NCBI GenBank assembly: GCA_009103225.1
Contig: RHPI01001116.1
Location: 515,267 to 579,266 of the forward strand
Direction of reading: 5' to 3'
DNA length: 64,000 bases
DNA from: Chlorokybus atmophyticus
Taxonomy: Eukaryota; Plantae; Mesostigma and Chlorokybus algae
In this document: positions 61,261 through 64,000 of the stretch, piece by piece
How the letters are laid out: each line of letters opens with the position of its first letter
Position numbering within the stretch: the stretch's first letter is position 1
Translations under genes and position numbers: made by a program
The notes under the pieces: generated by a model
Database searches by the model: none
What the model was told of the DNA's origin: nothing
The model's input: only the letters and a program-made list of their open reading frames with translations

Positions 61261-64000
61261 TCAATCCCCAGGAACGGGCGTCATCTCTTCAGGGCGCGGT
61301 AAACGCGTCAACCGTAAATAGGCCCTGTTTGTCACGCGCGACAACGCCACATACCACAATCCAGGAGCAAAAGCTTCCTGCATGTGGACAACAGTAGTTG
61401 ATTGCAGCGTTGCACCTTGACACTTGTGCACTGTCATTGCATACGCTAGCTGCAAAGGAAACACAGCTTTGTAGTACGTTTTGCCTTGAAACGTTGTTGT
61501 TTGCTGTATTGTTCGGCGCATCCACATGGAGTCTGCCAAATGGTCAAATGTAACTTGTATACTGCTCACATTACCTTTGTAGTATCTAAACTGCGTCACT
61601 GTTCCCAAAGACCCATTGGCTACACCATCTTGCAGTGAAACGTTTTCTAAAACCAACACCTTTGCTCCCTTGGCGACTGAAGGTAATAAGTTGAACTTGG
61701 GCTTGTGAATCCAGTCGTGTAGCTCGGGCACGTTCACTGCATTAGAAGTAATTTGTATTGGCACAATGGTATCGGCTGCAAAACGTTGTCTCACAATCAT
61801 GCTGTTGAAAGCCAGTGTGTCTTGTACATGTGAACACAATATGGTTGCATCACTTGGTAACTGTTGTAAGTACTCCGAAGTGACCAGACAGCCACCTAAC
61901 GCATCTGCTATCTCTGTTGAACTGGGTATGCCAGAACGAATCTGAATCAAGAATTCAGCAAACAGAGGGTCTGAAGCATGACGCACTGAAACAGATAAAA
62001 AATGTTGCTTACGTAATGGCCACCTCTGTGATGCAGAAATATGGCATTTGTGGCAAACCTGCGATGTGTCTTGGACTTTGTGTCCACAAACTGCTGGCAG
62101 TTGCTTGTGGTCACCAACCAATACAACGCCGATTGTTTGTAGAAATTCTGGTCCATGAACTTGCTGTAAGCGCAGCATCACCAAGTCAAACAACCGCGAT
62201 GTCATCATGGAAAACTCGTCGATAATAAATACTCGACAATGATGTAACAATCTGTAAGCATCATCCATAGCAGTTACAAACCGGAGTTGCTGACCGTTAA
62301 CAGGTATTGCGAAGTTGGAATGTACAGTTGAAGCTGATGAGCTGAGCCGCAAAGCCGCAGCGCCAGTTGTAGCACTGAGTAAAACAGGTATCCCAGCAAC
62401 GCGCAACTTGTGAGTGATGAATTTGGTCAAAAATGTTTTGCCTGTTCCTGGACAACCAGATATCACATGTAGACCAACCGGTGTTGCAATGATACTACTT
62501 GCGGTGCATTCTTGCTGGCTGGTCAAAGAGAGATTGTTCGCAAACGCAAACTCCTCAACATTCAATGTACCTTGAAACATTGGCGCCGATACATCTGAGT
62601 CCGTTGTCACAATTGAAGCTGGAGATGCAGGATTGGATGATGAAGCTGTTGGATACTGCGTAGTAGGTTCTGGTGCAGTTTGACTGTCTGTCGGACCAGC
62701 TGCAGCCATAGACAAGGCATTAATAGCATTATCAGTGGTCTGCATCATGGCATTCATCATATGGTGAATCTTAACATCATTGTATAGATGACGTTCGGCA
62801 TAGCGCGTGACATGTGTCAACAAACTGCGGTTTGTGTTGTTAATGAAACCCCGCAACACACATTCTTCATAGTAAGTGCGTGATTGGTTGTTCAAAGAAA
62901 TCAAATCAACTTCAGAGCGAAAAGTAACCCGCTGAAGAAGCAAATTGAAACAAAACCCTTCAGTGCTGTGTACAGGATGGTAATCCGTGAATCTGATGAT
63001 GCGCGGGACAGCTAACTCATAAACGAATGCATTCAGTCTGTCTCTTAGAGTACGCACAGTGTTATGTGGCACAGTGTCTCCATCTCGGTGCATGTACTGT
63101 CGAAAGTAGTTGTACATTGTGACTCTTTCTACCTCGTCAGGCCTGACACAATAACGATGAATGGGATGCACAATTACTGTCCGTGCACGACTGTTCACTA
63201 TGCGAGAACGATTGTTAGGCAAACGCGTGTCAACATATGTTACATTGGACGACATTTGCATGATGGGAATATCTAAACATATCAAAGCAGCTTCAGCTGG
63301 AGCAATGGGTTTGGACAAGTACATTGTGTTCAATATGCGCAATTCGTTAACAGTCAATCCTTGCAAACCGAGTGCATTGGTGTCTAATGCATCATCAACA
63401 GTGCCACAAGGTTCCATTTTAGTTGTGTACTTGACTAAATACTTGCTCCAATGACTGTCAGTGACTTGCAACACATTACAATGAGCACCCCACAACAATA
63501 AAAGCACTGGATGTGTGGGAACAACATTGCGGTCACAAGTGCGTGGTCTGTAATAATCGTACCTGCGCGTTTCTGTGTTGAACTGAGGTCGACGATCTGG
63601 TTGTACGGGATACGGAAAGCCCATGTCGCACTTGTTGTCAAATGCTCTGCAGCCACTGCCAAAATCAGAACACTTGTGCATTTGCTTGCGTACAACATAT
63701 TCATAAAGGACTCGCAGTTTAGAATCAGTTGGTACAATTATTTGCTGATTTGCATGGTCAAAATCTCCGGGGATAAACGCAGTGATTTCACTGCAAACTC
63801 GTTTAACATCGTCGGGATGTAACCACAACATAACATGTGCATGCAAAGATCCACGGTGTTGTGTTTCATACCTGATAACATAGTGCATCACACGTCCAAG
63901 GATATCCTTTTGCATGATATATTCTTCAAAGAAGGTGCTGAACCGATGATGAAACAAACGTGCGCACTCCACAGGGGCATCGCGCCAACTAAGTTGCGTG
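61261..64000 (-). CDS. Helitron RepHel (HUH/Y2 Rep + Pif1-family SF1 helicase), intronless, open past the right edge
   Basis: DAPVECARLF, HUH motif YETQHRGSLHAHVMLW, YLVKYTTK, Walker A GCPGTGKT, IIDEFSM, LVGDHKQLPAV, FPLQLAYAMTVHKCQG and YVALSRV. Confidence 0.95.
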   Translation of the reverse strand, partial: TQLSWRDAPVECARLFHHRFSTFFEEYIMQKDILGRVMHYVIRYETQHRGSLHAHVMLWLHPDDVKRVCSEITAFIPGDFDHANQQIIVPTDSKLRVLYEYVVRKQMHKCSDFGSGCRAFDNKCDMGFPYPVQPDRRPQFNTETRRYDYYRPRTCDRNVVPTHPVLLLLWGAHCNVLQVTDSHWSKYLVKYTTKMEPCGTVDDALDTNALGLQGLTVNELRILNTMYLSKPIAPAEAALICLDIPIMQMSSNVTYVDTRLPNNRSRIVNSRARTVIVHPIHRYCVRPDEVERVTMYNYFRQYMHRDGDTVPHNTVRTLRDRLNAFVYELAVPRIIRFTDYHPVHSTEGFCFNLLLQRVTFRSEVDLISLNNQSRTYYEECVLRGFINNTNRSLLTHVTRYAERHLYNDVKIHHMMNAMMQTTDNAINALSMAAAGPTDSQTAPEPTTQYPTASSSNPASPASIVTTDSDVSAPMFQGTLNVEEFAFANNLSLTSQQECTASSIIATPVGLHVISGCPGTGKTFLTKFITHKLRVAGIPVLLSATTGAAALRLSSSASTVHSNFAIPVNGQQLRFVTAMDDAYRLLHHCRVFIIDEFSMMTSRLFDLVMLRLQQVHGPEFLQTIGVVLVGDHKQLPAVCGHKVQDTSQVCHKCHISASQRWPLRKQHFLSVSVRHASDPLFAEFLIQIRSGIPSSTEIADALGGCLVTSEYLQQLPSDATILCSHVQDTLAFNSMIVRQRFAADTIVPIQITSNAVNVPELHDWIHKPKFNLLPSVAKGAKVLVLENVSLQDGVANGSLGTVTQFRYYKGNVSSIQVTFDHLADSMWMRRTIQQTTTFQGKTYYKAVFPLQLAYAMTVHKCQGATLQSTTVVHMQEAFAPGLWYVALSRVTNRAYLRLTRLPRPEEMTPVPGD

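Larger units (their letters stand above)
54118..64000 (-). mobile_element. Putative large Helitron with cargo genes (boundaries unresolved)
   Basis: RepHel is secure. Including the cargo rests on contiguity and on the same phased ATAT-motif arrays recurring from 54118 to 61230. No CTRR terminus was found. Confidence 0.5.

Overview
Eukaryotic, intron-rich DNA with three N gaps. It most likely comes from a flagellated green alga, since it carries CFAP206, organelle-targeted RecA and FtsZ1, and plant-type TTTAGGG telo-boxes. Host genes I could splice by hand: CFAP206 (partial, -), a PIP-like aquaporin (+), organellar RecA (-), a membrane-anchored 2xLIM protein (+), FtsZ1 (-), importin-7/8/SAD2 (+), an aldo-keto reductase (+) and a TBC Rab-GAP (-). 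Accessory DNA: (i) a decayed 7.3-kb tyrosine-recombinase retrotransposon with split direct repeats and an inverted YR gene; (ii) two 5'-truncated RLE-type LINE remnants; (iii) a full-length Argonaute pseudogene that the ORF track does not show; (iv) a Helitron RepHel at the right edge. Next to RepHel lie an unknown spliced gene, a GIY-YIG nuclease, a ZnF/coiled-coil/RING gene, a MITE, and 10-bp-phased motif arrays. The most intriguing link is a ~350-bp structured module present three times in the Helitron region and once, diverged, directly upstream of the Argonaute pseudogene. This suggests (hypothesis only) a rolling-circle element family carrying silencing or ubiquitin modulators. All family assignments come from motif recognition by eye; no searches were run.
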